Assembly: GCA_963810095.1 (NCBI GenBank)
Contig: CAWEMM010000001.1
Location: 114,006-178,005 of the forward strand
Direction: 5' to 3'
DNA length: 64,000 nucleotides
Source: an uncultured Chloroflexia bacterium
GTDB lineage: Bacteria > Chloroflexota > Anaerolineae > CG2-30-64-16
Shown here: positions 51,598 through 62,654 of the stretch, in pieces
Layout of the letters: every line of letters begins with the position of its first letter
Numbering within the stretch: the first letter of the stretch is position 1
Made by a program: the position numbers and the translations under genes
Notes under the pieces: generated by a model
What the model was told of the DNA's origin: nothing
Database searches by the model: none
What the model saw: the letters and a program-made list of their open reading frames with translations, nothing else

Positions 51598-53967
51598 TTA
51601 CCAGTTGTCGGGGAGCGCGACGAGCGAATTGCCGCCGCGGTTCCCGACGTATGCCCAATAGATCGACGGATCGACGGCGACAGGCATGGGGTCGCTGCCG
51701 GTCGGAATCGTTGCAAGCGTAAGAAGGGTCGGCCCGTCGATGACGGTCACGGTGCCATCCTGGCTGTTGGTCACGAAAATGTGGCCCGTCGCCGTATCGA
51801 CGCCGATCCCACCGCCGCCATTGGCGCCACCATTTCCCACGTCCGCCGAACCCTGCCACTGGAGCCCTCCGCCCGAAACGCCGTACGCGAGCAGGCGGCG
51901 CGGGTTGTTGGCTTCGGGAGAAAAGGCGACATACAGCCGCCGCGCGACCGGGTCCAGCGCCACTGCGTACGGTTCGCCGCCGAGCGGCACCTGTAAGCCG
52001 GAAAGCACCGTGTTGGTAGCCCCATCCACCGTCGCAATGGCGTAGCCATTCCGGCAGGACACGTACACACGATTGAGCTCGGCATCCACGGCCAGCCCAA
52101 ACGCCTCGCCGCAGACGTCCGTCGTCGTCAGCCTCGTATCGCTCGCCCCGTCGATCACGGCGACCGCGCCGCCGGCATGAAGCGAAACGTACACGCGGTT
52201 CGTCGTCTCGTTGACCGCCACGTATGACGGCTCGCCATAGCCGGATCCGCCCAAGGCAATGGTCTTGAGCAGGTTGCCGGACCCCGCATCCACCACCGAG
52301 ACGCTTGCGTTTCCAAAGTTGGCCACGTAGACCTTGTTGCTATGCGAGTTGACGGCAACGCCGAATGGGTTTGCCCCGACAGCGGTAGTTTTGACGAGCA
52401 TGCCGGACAAGGGGTCGATGGTCACGAGGGTGTTCGCCTCGCGGCTTGTGACGTACAGCCGGTGGGTGTTGGGGTTCGCCGCCAGCCCGTTCGGCGCTAG
52501 CACCGGCGGCAAGGGCTTTACCTGGACCAGCGGGGTGCGGGTCGGCGTCGGGGTGCGGGTGACCGTAGCGGTCGACGTGCGCGTGGGCGTGGGCGACGGA
52601 GTGTGTGTCGCCGTGAAAGTGGGCGTGCGCGTCGGTGTGCTGGTAGGCGTCGGCGACGGTGCGTCGATGCGAAAGATCAGCGGGAGGAAGTCACGCTCCG
52701 CCGGCCGGGGCGTAGGCGAATAGGTGGCGCTCGCGGTCGGCGTGGCCGTGCCGGTTGGGCTGGCCGTCGGCGTATCGGTCGGCGTCGAGGTGGCGGTCGG
52801 AGTCACGGTCGGGCTCCCGGTCTCGGTCGCCGTCGGGGTGGGCGTCTCGCTAGGTGTGGGCGTACCAGTGGCCGTCTCGGTCGCCGTAGGCGTCTCGGTC
52901 GCCGTAGGCGTCTCGCTCGGCGTGGGTGTCGCAGTCGGTGTCTCGGTTGGCGTCTCGGTCGCCGTGGGCGTTTCGCTCGGCGTGGGTGTCTCGGTCGCCG
53001 TCTCGGTCGCCGTTGGCGTTCCGCTCGGCGTGGGTGTGGAGGTGGGGGTCTCTGAGGCAGTCGCGGTCGGCGTTGTCGTTTCGGTCACGGTGCCGGTGGG
53101 GGTATCGGTTGAGGTTGGCGTGTCGGTGGGCGTGGCGGTGGCCGTCCAGGTGGAGGATGGCGTAGCCGAAGGCGAAGGAGACGGCGTTGCTGTCGGCGTT
53201 GCCGTGACGGTAGGCGTTCGGGTGGCGGTAGCGGTGAATGTGCTGGTGGGTGTCGGGGTCGGCTCGTCCGGCTCTTGCCAATTCACGCAGTCGACGATGT
53301 CCGAATCGGGCGACGCGCCCGTGTAGGTGCAGACGTCGAGGAGCTTGGCCGCGGGGCTGCCGACATCGGAGGCTGCGATGCTACAGTTGGCGACCGTGTC
53401 GTTTGGAAAGCCATCGCCCTGGGAAGGGTAGGGGGGCGAGGCGAAAGGGTCTTCCGGTTGAATGCTCGCGCTGCAGGTCGTGCCGTTGGTTCCCGAGGCA
53501 TTCTGCGGGTGGGTGCACCTGCGCATATCGTCATCGGCGCAGGTGTAGGAGGCACGCGCGACATCGATCAGGTTGGCGTACTTTATGGCGGTTACGCAGA
53601 GGGCGTAGTCGACGTTGCCGTTTCCGTCGAGATCGAACAGGCTGCACGCGGAAACCTGCTGTCCCGTAGTCCCGATAGGCTGATCCCAGTTCCAGCGGAC
53701 CGGGAACTTCTGCTGCGGGGTCAGGTCGTCGCGGCAGAACTGATTCAGGTCCTTGTCGGGCTGATCGAGCGAAACATCGTTGGGGCCGCTCAGGTCGAGT
53801 TGGCACGCGGCCGCAGCGACTGCGCCTGGCGCAGACCCAGCCCCGCGGTGAGCAAGCGCAAGGTCGGGTAGGGGTGGAAGAGCGAGCGCGGGCGCGGCGA
53901 TGGCGATCAGAAAAATGCAGGCCAGGACCACGATGACCGGGATGCGGCTGCGAGGGGCGGGCGCCAT
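51598..53967 (-). CDS. Secreted protein: Cys-rich N-domain, Pro/Thr linker, YncE/YVTN-like beta-propeller
   Basis: Signal peptide at MAPAPRSR.. (GGAGG RBS); repeats of P.G.A.N....R.YV.N; PT-rich linker. Confidence 0.85.
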   Translation of the reverse strand: MAPAPRSRIPVIVVLACIFLIAIAAPALALPPLPDLALAHRGAGSAPGAVAAAACQLDLSGPNDVSLDQPDKDLNQFCRDDLTPQQKFPVRWNWDQPIGTTGQQVSACSLFDLDGNGNVDYALCVTAIKYANLIDVARASYTCADDDMRRCTHPQNASGTNGTTCSASIQPEDPFASPPYPSQGDGFPNDTVANCSIAASDVGSPAAKLLDVCTYTGASPDSDIVDCVNWQEPDEPTPTPTSTFTATATRTPTVTATPTATPSPSPSATPSSTWTATATPTDTPTSTDTPTGTVTETTTPTATASETPTSTPTPSGTPTATETATETPTPSETPTATETPTETPTATPTPSETPTATETPTATETATGTPTPSETPTPTATETGSPTVTPTATSTPTDTPTASPTGTATPTASATYSPTPRPAERDFLPLIFRIDAPSPTPTSTPTRTPTFTATHTPSPTPTRTSTATVTRTPTPTRTPLVQVKPLPPVLAPNGLAANPNTHRLYVTSREANTLVTIDPLSGMLVKTTAVGANPFGVAVNSHSNKVYVANFGNASVSVVDAGSGNLLKTIALGGSGYGEPSYVAVNETTNRVYVSLHAGGAVAVIDGASDTRLTTTDVCGEAFGLAVDAELNRVYVSCRNGYAIATVDGATNTVLSGLQVPLGGEPYAVALDPVARRLYVAFSPEANNPRRLLAYGVSGGGLQWQGSADVGNGGANGGGGIGVDTATGHIFVTNSQDGTVTVIDGPTLLTLATIPTGSDPMPVAVDPSIYWAYVGNRGGNSLVALPDNW
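52530..53265 (-). repeat. Coding low-complexity (TP/TAT/ETP) tandem repeats
   Basis: Repeated GTCTCGGTCGCCGT-type units encoding TPTATETPT. Confidence 0.85.
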
Positions 53968-54037
53968 AAGCACCTCCTGCGAACGAATTACATAATAGCA
54001 CACGGAAGGGTGGGGCGCAAGGCATTTGAAGGAGAAA

Positions 54038-55500
54038 TGATATCGTTCAGTGATAGTGTCAGTAGATAAGTGATCAGTGAAAATGTCAGTCATGGAAGAG
54101 AGACTGACATTGTCGAGCAAAGAACTGAAGCGACTAAGGTGCTGGAATTGGTCGAGGCTGAGCAAGATGACGGTGGCTCGAGGCGGCGGACTGCTGGGGT
54201 CAGCGAGCGGCAATGCTGGCGGCTGCTGGCCCGCTACCGGGAGGATGGGGCGGCGGGGTTGGTGCATGGCAATCGCGGGACCGGCCATCGCAGCCACCGG
54301 CTTGCCCGAAGTCGTGCGGCCGCGAGATCCTGACACTGGCGGAAGGCGTCTGTCGGGACTACAACGATCAGCACCTGACGGAAGTGCTGCAGGAGGAACA
54401 CGGCCTGCAGGTGTCGCGGGCCAGTGTGCGGCGCATCCGGCGTGCAGCGGGTCTGGCCAGTCCGCACAAGTACCGGCGGCGCAAGGGCCACCTCCGCCGC
54501 GAGCGTTACCCGCAGGCCGGCATGCTGTTCCAGATCGACGCATCGCACCATGCCTGGCTTGAAGACCGCGGTCCACAACTGGCCCTGGTGGCGGCGATTG
54601 ACGATGCGACCAACCAGGTAGTAGGGGCGCTGTTTCGGGAGCATGAAGATGCGGCCGGCTACTTCCTCTTGCTCCAGGACATCGCCCAGCGTGTGGGTCT
54701 GCCGCTCGCCTTGTACGCCGATCGCCACACGATCTTCCAAAGCCCGAGCAAACCTACGATCGAGCAGGAATTGGCCGGTATCAGCCCGCAGAGCCAATTC
54801 GGTCAGCTCACCAGCCGCCTGGGTATCAGACTGATCGCCGCCCATTCCCCGCAAGCCAAGGGCCGCATTGAACGTCTGTGGGGCACTTGCAGGATCGCCT
54901 GGTCAAGGAACTGCGCCAGGCCGGGGCCAGCTACGCTGGACGAGGCGAACCAGGTGCTGACCACCTATCTCGCCAAACACAACCAGCGCTTCGCAATTAG
55001 CGCCGAGCAGCCCGGCTCCGCCTGTCAGCCCCTACCCCAGGACAGCCACCTTGACCGGCTGTTCAGCTTCCACTACACCCGCCGTGTCGCCAATGACCAT
55101 ATGATCTCGCTCGACTCACCAAGGCTTGCAACTACCACCCGCCCCCAACGGCCGCAGTTATGCCCGCGCCACCGTCGATCTGTACCACGCCATGGATGGC
55201 CGGCTCACCGTCGCTTATCAGGGCCACGACTTGATCACCTTCCTCCCCGCCGTCGCCGGTCCGCCGCGCGTCGAAGTCTTTTGTCCACAAACCCTGCCCC
55301 ACCATACCTCAGTCAAAGCCGGCGGAGCCGGTAAAGCTTCCGCAACCCGAGCCGGTCCGGCAAACAGCCAAGCCTGCCCCCGATCATCCCTGGCGCAAGA
55401 TCGATTCAGCGCGATGCCGAGCGCCACCGCCAAGCCCAAGTGGCCCCACCCTGACATTTTCACTGATCGCGTAACCTGACCGATTTACTGATCATTGACA
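54038..55500 (+). mobile_element. IS1202-like (ISNCY/IS481-related) insertion sequence with a 17-bp target duplication
   Basis: Flanks GGCATTTGAAGGAGAAA (54021-37) and GGCATTTGAACGAGAAA (55501-17); subterminal IR GATCAGTGAAAATGTCAG/CTGACATTTTCACTGATC. Confidence 0.88.
54092..55440 (+). pseudogene. DDE transposase of the IS1202-like element, with several frameshifts
   Basis: HGNRG, QIDASHH.W, IDDAT, YADRHTIF, SPQAKGRIERLWGT spread over several frames. Confidence 0.85.
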
Positions 55501-55528
55501 GGCATTTGAACGAGAAAGCCCGGGAAAT

Positions 55529-55557
55529 TTGACCGCAGGGGGGCATACGGATATAAT
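55529..55557 (+). promoter_or_regulatory. Sigma70 promoter of tRNA-Lys
   Basis: TTGACC-17 nt-TATAAT. Confidence 0.8.
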
Positions 55558-55587
55558 GGGAACCAGTGTAAACGAGGGCGTTTGCGC

Positions 55588-55660
55588 GGGTCGCTAGCTC
55601 AATTGGCAGAGCATCTGACTCTTAATCAGAGGGTTCAGGGTTCGAGTCCCTGGCGACTCA
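55588..55660 (+). tRNA. tRNA-Lys (CTT)
   Basis: Cloverleaf: acceptor GGGTCGC/GCGACTC, D-arm GCTC/GAGC, anticodon arm TCTGA-CT-CTT-AA-TCAGA, T-arm CAGGG-TTCGAGT-CCCTG; CCA not encoded. Confidence 0.97.
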
Positions 55661-55663
55661 TAC

Positions 55664-55710
55664 GAAATGAAAGGCCCCGAGGCGTAGTGGTGCTCGGGGC
55701 CTTTCATTTC
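55664..55710 (+). terminator. Terminator hairpin after tRNA-Lys, probably bidirectional
   Basis: GAAATGAAAGGCCCCGAG...CTCGGGGCCTTTCATTTC. Confidence 0.8.
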
Positions 55711-55831
55711 TCGGCGCACGCAGTCCATAGGCGTGCGGCCGAGTACAAGGGAGATCGAGGTTGCTTTGACGGCGCGGTCTGCTTGTCAAATACGAATCAA
55801 TTACAGAAGGAGGAGGTAGAACGACGCTCGA

Positions 55832-56317
55832 CTACATCATCATCGAGCCGCTGAAGACGGCCGGGCTGAGCATGCCGAAGATCATCGCGACGTGCGCGAC
55901 AACCAGGAACAGGGCGACGAACGAGGCATGCAGCTTGATCCTGCCCTCGGACGACCGGTTCTTGGCGATGATGCCCAGCTCAAGGAGCGCCATGCCGAGG
56001 AGCGGGACGACGCCCAGCAGATAGAAGCTGACGGCGATGAAATCGGAAGGACCGCGCCAGCCGCCCGAGGTGGTGAGCGGGATGAAGGCGTTGATCATGA
56101 GATAAACAAAGATCGGGACGAAATACAGCCCGGCGATGATGCCGGCAACCCGGTTGACGGTGCGCAGCTTCGTGTCGAAGTTGCGGCCGAACAACAGGAA
56201 CAACTCGGTGACGGCGATGGTCTCGGCCAGGATGACCGGGATGGCCATGAAGATGATCAGATTCCATGGCTGGTTGGTAGCGAGCAGCTCCATGTAGTGG
56301 GTCATCGTTACTTCCAT
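55832..56317 (-). CDS. Four-TM membrane protein (DUF6803-like)
   Basis: MTHYMELLA.NQPWNLI.FMAIPVILAET..; KLHA.FVA.FLVVAHVAMIFGM; Met-rich tail. Family recalled from memory. Confidence 0.75.
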   Translation of the reverse strand: MEVTMTHYMELLATNQPWNLIIFMAIPVILAETIAVTELFLLFGRNFDTKLRTVNRVAGIIAGLYFVPIFVYLMINAFIPLTTSGGWRGPSDFIAVSFYLLGVVPLLGMALLELGIIAKNRSSEGRIKLHASFVALFLVVAHVAMIFGMLSPAVFSGSMMM

Positions 56318-56637
56318 GCGATGAGACTCCTGTGGTGGTGGGGTGTTGTGTGCGAAGATTCGTCAAGCCACACGGTTGTGCTAATGATAACTTATCGCCA
56401 GTTAGCTGTGCAGCGCGGAAATGCGGGTTCCGCAACAGGCAATTTGGCGCGTAGCGGCTGGCCGGACGGCGGCCGACTCGGCGCCGGAGCGAGGGACGCG
56501 GATCAATGTTACGGTGCCTGCACGGGTGCTGCTGCCACAACTTTCGGGACAACGATATCGGAAAGATGCGGAACCATCAGGCGGAAGGATCAGTCTAGCT
56601 GTATTGGATCACTGGCGAGTAGTAAAGAGGGTGGAGC

Positions 56638-59049
56638 ATGCAAGCCGACGGATCGAACGCGAGCGATGAGGGTGCGAACAAAGCAATAGAGGACGAGCAG
56701 GATGCAATGGCGGATGAGGGCCAGGCGCACCGCGGGCACCATGGCACCGAGCGCCGCGCGGAAGCGCCGCAGCACGATGGTGAGAGCCTAGTGCATGAGG
56801 ATATGGATAAGGCCGGACACGGTCGTGACGTGGACCACGCTTCTGGCGACGAGGCTGTGGAGTCGTCTACGCCCGAGGACGGTCACCCACAACACGCTCA
56901 CGCTGGTCACGGGATGCATGGCCGCGACAAAGGCCATGAGGGGGCTACCGCGACGGCGGCCGTCAGCGAACACTTGCGTGCTCCGAGTGCTCGCGACATG
57001 GCCGAGATGCCCGGAGAGCACGCCGGCCATGACATGGCCGGTGGCCACGAGGGACACGGCGCATACGTGGACCACACGGGCCACGAGCAGATGTTCCGCC
57101 GGCGCTTCTGGGTATCGCTGCTGCTCTCCATCCCGGTGCTGCTCTACAGCCCGATGATCCAGGAGTGGCTCGGCTTCACCATGCCGGCCTTCCCAGGCAG
57201 CCAGTTCATCGTACCAGTCCTTGCCGCAGTCGTCTTCATCTACGGCGGCCTGCCCTTCCTGCAAATGGCCGTGCCCGAGCTGCGCAATCGCCAGCCCGGT
57301 ATGATGACCCTCATCTCCCTCGCGATCACGGTCGCCTTCGTTTATAGCCTGGCGTCTCAGTTCCTGCTCAAGGGCGATACGTTCTTTTGGGAGCTGGTAA
57401 CGCTGATCGACATCATGTTGCTCGGCCACTGGCTGGAGATGCGCAGCGTGCGCCAGGCGTCCGGTGCGCTGGATGCGCTGGCGAAGCTCATGCCCGACAC
57501 AGCGGAGCGCGAGCGGTCAGATGGCTCAACTGAACAACTGCCGGCAAGCGAGCTGCGATCCGGCGACCTCGTGCTGGTTCGGCCAGGCGCGAGCGTGCCG
57601 GCCGACGGTGAGGTCGAGCGTGGCGAGTCAGACGTCAACGAATCCATGATCACCGGCGAGTCGCGGCCGGTCAAGAAGGAGCCGGGTGCAAAGGTCATCG
57701 CCGGGACGATCAACGGCGACGGCAGCCTGCGCGTGCGGGTGACGGCAACCGGCGAGCAGACCGCACTTGCGGGGATCATGCGGCTGGTCAGGGAGGCCCA
57801 AACCAGCAAGTCACGGACTCAGGTGCTGGCCGACAAGGCCGCTGGCTGGCTGTTCTACGTCGCGCTCGGCGTGGCCCTGCTCACCGCCATTGCCTGGACG
57901 ATTGCCATCGGCTTCAACGTCGACGTCGTCGCCCGCGTCGCGACCGTCTTGGTCATCGCCTGCCCGCACGCGCTGGGGCTGGCGATCCCGCTGGTCGTCG
58001 CCATCACCACGGCCAAGGGTGCCAGCAACGGCATCCTCGTGCGGGACCGCCTCGCGTTGGAACGCGCCCGCCTGATCGATACAATCATCTTCGACAAGAC
58101 CGGGACCTTGACTGAGGGCCGGTTCGGCGTCGTGGGCATGGCAGTGGCGCCCGGCTGGACCGAGGAACGGGCGCTGGCGTTGGCCGCAGCCATCGAGGGC
58201 GACTCGGAGCATACCATTGCCCGTGGCATCCGATCTGCAGCCGAGGAACGCTCGCTCTCCGAGCATCCTCTGGCTCTGCCGCAGGTGACGGACTTCGAAG
58301 CGCTGAAGGGCCGCGGCGTGCGCGCCAAGGCCGAGGGGCACACGGTGTACGTGGGCGGGCCTCGCCTACTGGAATCCGTGAAGCCAACGGTGGCCCCCGA
58401 GATCGCGTCGTTTGAGACAGCGGCAAGCGGCAAGGGGCAGTCGACGGTGTACCTGCTCTCGGACGATCAGGTCGTCGCCGCATTGGCGTTGGCCGACGTC
58501 ATCCGCCCGGAAAGCGCGCGTGCTGTCGCACGGTTACACGAGATGGGCGTGCAGGTCGCCATGCTGACCGGCGATGCCGAGGCCGTGGCGCGTTCCGTGG
58601 CCGAGGAGCTGGGGATCGACCAGTACTTCGCCCAGGTGCTGCCCGAGAACAAGGACCAGAAGGTCATGGAGCTGCAGCGCCAGGGCCGGAAGGTCGCCAT
58701 GGTCGGGGATGGCGTGAACGACGCGCCGGCCCTGACGCGTGCGGATGTGGGCATTGCGATAGGTAGCGGGACCGACGTGGCCGTCCATTCGGCCGGCATC
58801 ATCCTCGTCAAGAGCAATCCGCTGGATGCGGTGAAGGTTATCGAGCTGAGCCGGGCGAGCTACCGGAAGATGGCCCAGAACCTGGTCTGGGCGACGGGCT
58901 ACAACGTCGTCGCGTTGCCGCTGGCCGCAGGCATCCTCGCGCCAATCGGCATCATCTTGTCGCCGGCGATCGGTGCGGTGCTCATGTCGGTCAGTACGAT
59001 CGTCGTCGCGCTGAATGCGCAGTTGCTGCGAGGTGTCAAGCTCGGCTAG
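56638..59049 (+). CDS. copB: P1B-3 type copper-exporting ATPase with a His-rich N-terminus
   Basis: [31 protein letters not shown] and MS.ST motifs; His/Met-rich N-terminus with no CxxC. Confidence 0.93.
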   Translation: MQADGSNASDEGANKAIEDEQDAMADEGQAHRGHHGTERRAEAPQHDGESLVHEDMDKAGHGRDVDHASGDEAVESSTPEDGHPQHAHAGHGMHGRDKGHEGATATAAVSEHLRAPSARDMAEMPGEHAGHDMAGGHEGHGAYVDHTGHEQMFRRRFWVSLLLSIPVLLYSPMIQEWLGFTMPAFPGSQFIVPVLAAVVFIYGGLPFLQMAVPELRNRQPGMMTLISLAITVAFVYSLASQFLLKGDTFFWELVTLIDIMLLGHWLEMRSVRQASGALDALAKLMPDTAERERSDGSTEQLPASELRSGDLVLVRPGASVPADGEVERGESDVNESMITGESRPVKKEPGAKVIAGTINGDGSLRVRVTATGEQTALAGIMRLVREAQTSKSRTQVLADKAAGWLFYVALGVALLTAIAWTIAIGFNVDVVARVATVLVIACPHALGLAIPLVVAITTAKGASNGILVRDRLALERARLIDTIIFDKTGTLTEGRFGVVGMAVAPGWTEERALALAAAIEGDSEHTIARGIRSAAEERSLSEHPLALPQVTDFEALKGRGVRAKAEGHTVYVGGPRLLESVKPTVAPEIASFETAASGKGQSTVYLLSDDQVVAALALADVIRPESARAVARLHEMGVQVAMLTGDAEAVARSVAEELGIDQYFAQVLPENKDQKVMELQRQGRKVAMVGDGVNDAPALTRADVGIAIGSGTDVAVHSAGIILVKSNPLDAVKVIELSRASYRKMAQNLVWATGYNVVALPLAAGILAPIGIILSPAIGAVLMSVSTIVVALNAQLLRGVKLG

Positions 59050-59053
59050 CGCG

Positions 59054-60414
59054 GAGAGTGTTGGATAACTCTGGCGAAACTCGCGCTGATTTTGGGAAGT
59101 GCTTACAATGGGATCATCGCGCCGCTCGGAGGGTGACGATGGCCGAGAAGCACTTCAAGCAGTTGGGTTTGGGCTCGTTCTTTGGCTTGCCGATCTACGA
59201 GCGGGTGGTGCCACGCGACCACTTCCTCGTGCAGCTGAACCGCGTGATCGATTGGGACAGGTTCACCGAGATCTCCTGCCGGCCTACAAGGGTTTGGCGG
59301 AAGAAGGGCGGCCGCCGTATCCGCCGGTGACGATCCTCAAGATGCTGGTGATCGCCTATCTGTACCGCTTTTCCGAGCGTCAGGTGGAAGAGGCGACGAA
59401 CCTCAACCTGGCGATCAAGGAATTCGTCGGGTTGGCGGTGGAAACTGGCCCCGGATCACAGCACCTTGAGCGAATTCAACAAGCGCCTGCGGATGGCCGG
59501 CGGCTGGCAGCAGATGCAGGCGGTCGGTGACGACGTGCTGCGCCAAGCCCAAGCGCCGGGATACAGCTGGGCAAGATCCAGGTGGTCGACAGCGTGCACA
59601 CGGTGGCCGACGTTGATAACGATGCCGACCGGCAGCGCCAAGCGCAGGGCCGCCCGCCGCAGAAAAGCAGGCGCAGCTGGTCAAGAAAGGCAAGCGCCGC
59701 AAGGCCGGGCCGGACGGCAAGCTGCAGATGCAGGACATGCAGTACTTGGGCTACAAGAGCCATGTCAGTGTCAACGCTGCGACCGGCTTGATCACCAGCC
59801 TCGAGCCCACGGGAGGCAGTGCGGCGGACAACCAGCAGGTGCCGCAGTTGTTGGCCCACGATGCCGACGTAGGCGCACCCGCCGAGATCTATGCGGGCGA
59901 CAAGGCCTACGATGACACGGAACTGCATTACCAACTCGCCGCACAAGGCAAGCATTCGGCCCTGACCGAATGACTACCGCACGGCGGCCAGTAACGCACA
60001 CCGGGACGTTTGGCAGCAACTCAAGGACTCGCCGGAATACCAAGCCGGGCGCGCCGAGCGGTACAAGATTGAGCGCAAGTTTGGCGAGGCCAAGCGCTGG
60101 CACGGCTTTGGCCGCTGCCGCTACCTCGGCCTGCGGCGCTATGGGCTACAGGCCCAGCTGACGGCCCTGGTGCTGAACCTGAAACGCATCGTCACGCTGC
60201 TGACGGGCGTACAACTGAGACCCACACGCCGGACCCAGCTCGCGCTCACCGCCTAACCGGTTGGCTTTGGCGCGCCTGCTGAGCGGGTCCAGCGGTAGTG
60301 AGCCGGCCCAACCAGCGATTCCCAACCACTACAGCCCGCACACGCCCCCTTCTGGTCGACACTCAGCTCCCACAGTGCGGCGCGCCCCAAACGGCTGAGT
60401 TATCCAACACTCTC
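59054..60414 (+). mobile_element. IS5/IS1182-type insertion sequence with a 9-bp target duplication
   Basis: Perfect 18-bp IR GAGAGTGTTGGATAACTC/GAGTTATCCAACACTCTC; GCTAGCGCG duplicated at 59045-53 and 60415-23. Confidence 0.92.
59139..60256 (+). pseudogene. DDE transposase (InsH-N/DUF772-like N-terminus), with several frameshifts
   Basis: VPRDHFL..LNRVIDW, GRPPYPP..LKML, VDS, GYKSH, GDKAYD, IERKFGEAKRWHG. Confidence 0.85.
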
Positions 60415-60557
60415 GCTAGCGCGGGGTCGAGAGCCTGGCGCGGGCCCGCATCGGGGCGGATAGAGCCCGCGCTCGACAGTGAGGGCGAGAGACCGGCTGT
60501 GCCCGCTTTTCGACGCTGCCTAATCAACCTCGACCTTCTGTCCCCCATTCAAGCCGC

Positions 60558-61340
60558 TCAGGTAGGTCTCCACGAAGCGGGGTGCGTCGACCTTCTCAAC
60601 CACGCGCACCTCGGCGCATCCGCTGTGACCTTCGTGCGGCCCACCTCCGGGCCTTCTCTTTCCACCACCGTAACCCGCTTGGTAGTGTAGGTCGCCAGTG
60701 TTTCGTCCGTCGCGATGATATAGGTCACCGGGTCCGACAGGTAACCGCCCTGCTCATACGCGTGAGTCGCGGTCAGCATCGTATACACGGCCCTGGCTGC
60801 CGCGGTGGTTTGGTGGCCGGACAACAGGCGGTAAAAAGCGCCGTCGAGCGGGACCTGGCTGGCATCGAGCGGCACGAGGGTGACAGGCGCGCCGGAGCGC
60901 AAGACGATGTTGGCGGCGTGCGGGTCTACGAACATGCTAGACTCGGCCGTCTTGTGCGGAGCGGTCAGCGAGACGCCGCGGATGTTGCCCGGAGCATTGA
61001 ACGTTCCGCCCATGATGTAGATCATCCTGACCTTGGCCGCCAGCCGCGGTTCGCGCTGAAACATCTCGCCCAGGTTGGTGAGTGGCCCGTCGGTCACTAT
61101 GACGACGGGTTGGGGAGAGCCCTCAAGGGTTCGTTTGAGCAACTCGGGCGCCGTAAGCGGTGAGGGCTTTCCCATCTCGGGCCAGGTGATTCCCAGCGCT
61201 CCCTCCACCGCCTTGCGCCGATCCGATGGAAACTCGTGGTGACCTGCTAGCGGTGTCTCGCGGCCGCACACGACCGGGATCTGCCCCGAACCGGTCATCG
61301 CGATAAGGCCGAGAGCGTTGCGTCCACGGTTCCCGAGCGC
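60558..61340 (-). pseudogene. Truncated inosine/uridine-preferring nucleoside hydrolase
   Basis: IPVVCGRETPL, DGPLTNL, IYIMGG....GN, DPHAA, LVPLDA; the N-terminal DxDxxxDD motif and start are missing. Confidence 0.7.
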
Positions 61341-61440
61341 CTGGACCGCCTGGCCCTCGAGGAGTTGTATCACCGGGTTGCTGCCTCGTGGTCGCCGCCG
61401 GGTGCGCAGCCGAGCGAAGAAAGCGTGCAGGAGGGTCCAA

Positions 61441-61720
61441 GTGTCATCATCATCGGAGGTAGGGACCGGGACAACTTTGTTGCTGCACATTCGGACGATA
61501 GCCCCCGAACTGAATGACCAGGAGCAGAAGGTCGCCCAGTACGTTCTAGCGCACGCTCCCGAGGTCGTCCATCTCCCCGTGAGCGAAGCCGCGGACCGCT
61601 GCGGTGTGAGCGATGCCACCGTGTACCGCTTGGCTAAGCGGGTGGTGACCGAGGGGCTATCAGAATCTCAAAATCCGGTTGGCGCAAGAGTTGCATCTCG
61701 CCGTCAGCCGGGCATGGCAT
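61441..61720 (+). pseudogene. RpiR-family regulator remnant (HTH only)
   Basis: LNDQEQKVAQYVL..P..V....VSEAADRCGVSDATVYRLAK, then (shifted) GYQNLKIRLAQE; no SIS domain before the convergent gene. Confidence 0.7.
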
Positions 61721-62509
61721 TCACGCTTCGCCGTGAATCCGCTCCGGCAATGCCTGGAGTTCGGCACGCAGCGCGGCGAGTTCCTGCCGCAGCGCCGTGA
61801 TTTCCTTCGCACCCGCCATCTCCGCCTCGGGGTTTTCGGCGTCTCGTCCCACGAGGTAGCTCGCGAGCGCGGCCGTTACGTACCCGAAGACGGCGAACGC
61901 GTACACGGCCAGGATCAGCGAGAGTATCCTGCCCTCGACCGTCTGAGCCGCGTACTGCGAACCCAACGTGGTCATGGTCATGGCCGTCCACCACACCGCC
62001 TCCCCGTAGCTCGCCAGGCCGATAGGAACTGCACCCGGTCGCTCAAATGCGTACATGCCAGCCGCGCCCACCAGCGTGACCAGTGTCGTCAGCGCGACCA
62101 CGTAGCCGAGCCCGTGGCGGCCCATGCTCTTCCGTAGCGCGCTCATCCCGCGGTTGAGCGAGCCGACAATACTGACCAATCGCGCCCCCCGCAGAGCGAG
62201 CCGCACGACTGCAAGCGCTCGCAGCGCTCGCAAAGCGGGCAGGACAAGTGAGACCGCAGTCAGCCAGTTGCGCCTGAAAAACCTCGGCTTGTTCGGGGCC
62301 AACGCCAGCCGCAGCGCGAACTCCAGGATGAAGATGATCCATATCACGGTCATGAAGCCGGCCAGCCACGGATTCAGGCCCCACACAAGATCCGCGATGA
62401 GGAGTGCGAGCCACACAAAGCCGAGCAGAATCAAAGGGGTTTCGAGAGTCTGTTCGACCTGTTCCAAAAGCCCTTCGCGTTCCTCCGCAAGTTGTTCCCG
62501 TTCGGTCAC
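61721..62509 (-). CDS. Six-TM ion-channel-family protein (Kv-like) with an atypical filter
   Basis: S4-like LRALRALAVVRLALRGARL, pore helix AVWWTAMTMTTLGSQY, EGRIL; GTG start after GGAGG. Confidence 0.85.
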   Translation of the reverse strand: MTEREQLAEEREGLLEQVEQTLETPLILLGFVWLALLIADLVWGLNPWLAGFMTVIWIIFILEFALRLALAPNKPRFFRRNWLTAVSLVLPALRALRALAVVRLALRGARLVSIVGSLNRGMSALRKSMGRHGLGYVVALTTLVTLVGAAGMYAFERPGAVPIGLASYGEAVWWTAMTMTTLGSQYAAQTVEGRILSLILAVYAFAVFGYVTAALASYLVGRDAENPEAEMAGAKEITALRQELAALRAELQALPERIHGEA

Positions 62510-62654
62510 ACCGCCTCCTGAAAACATGTTTGCATACAGGATAACGCGTGTTGGCCTGAATGTTTGTATGAGCAGATACGGTAATGAAGCAAATAATGTA
62601 GCTACAATCCGTACAGATGGCCACATGGCGGTGGCCGCATCCAATGGAGGGACT

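Noticed and set aside
52530-53265. Repeat array resembling CRISPR or a VNTR
   Set aside because: No constant repeat with unique spacers; it encodes a Thr/Pro linker.
51598-54576. 992-aa ORF
   Set aside because: The first ~200 aa are the antisense of the IS; the real start is 53967, with an RBS and signal peptide.
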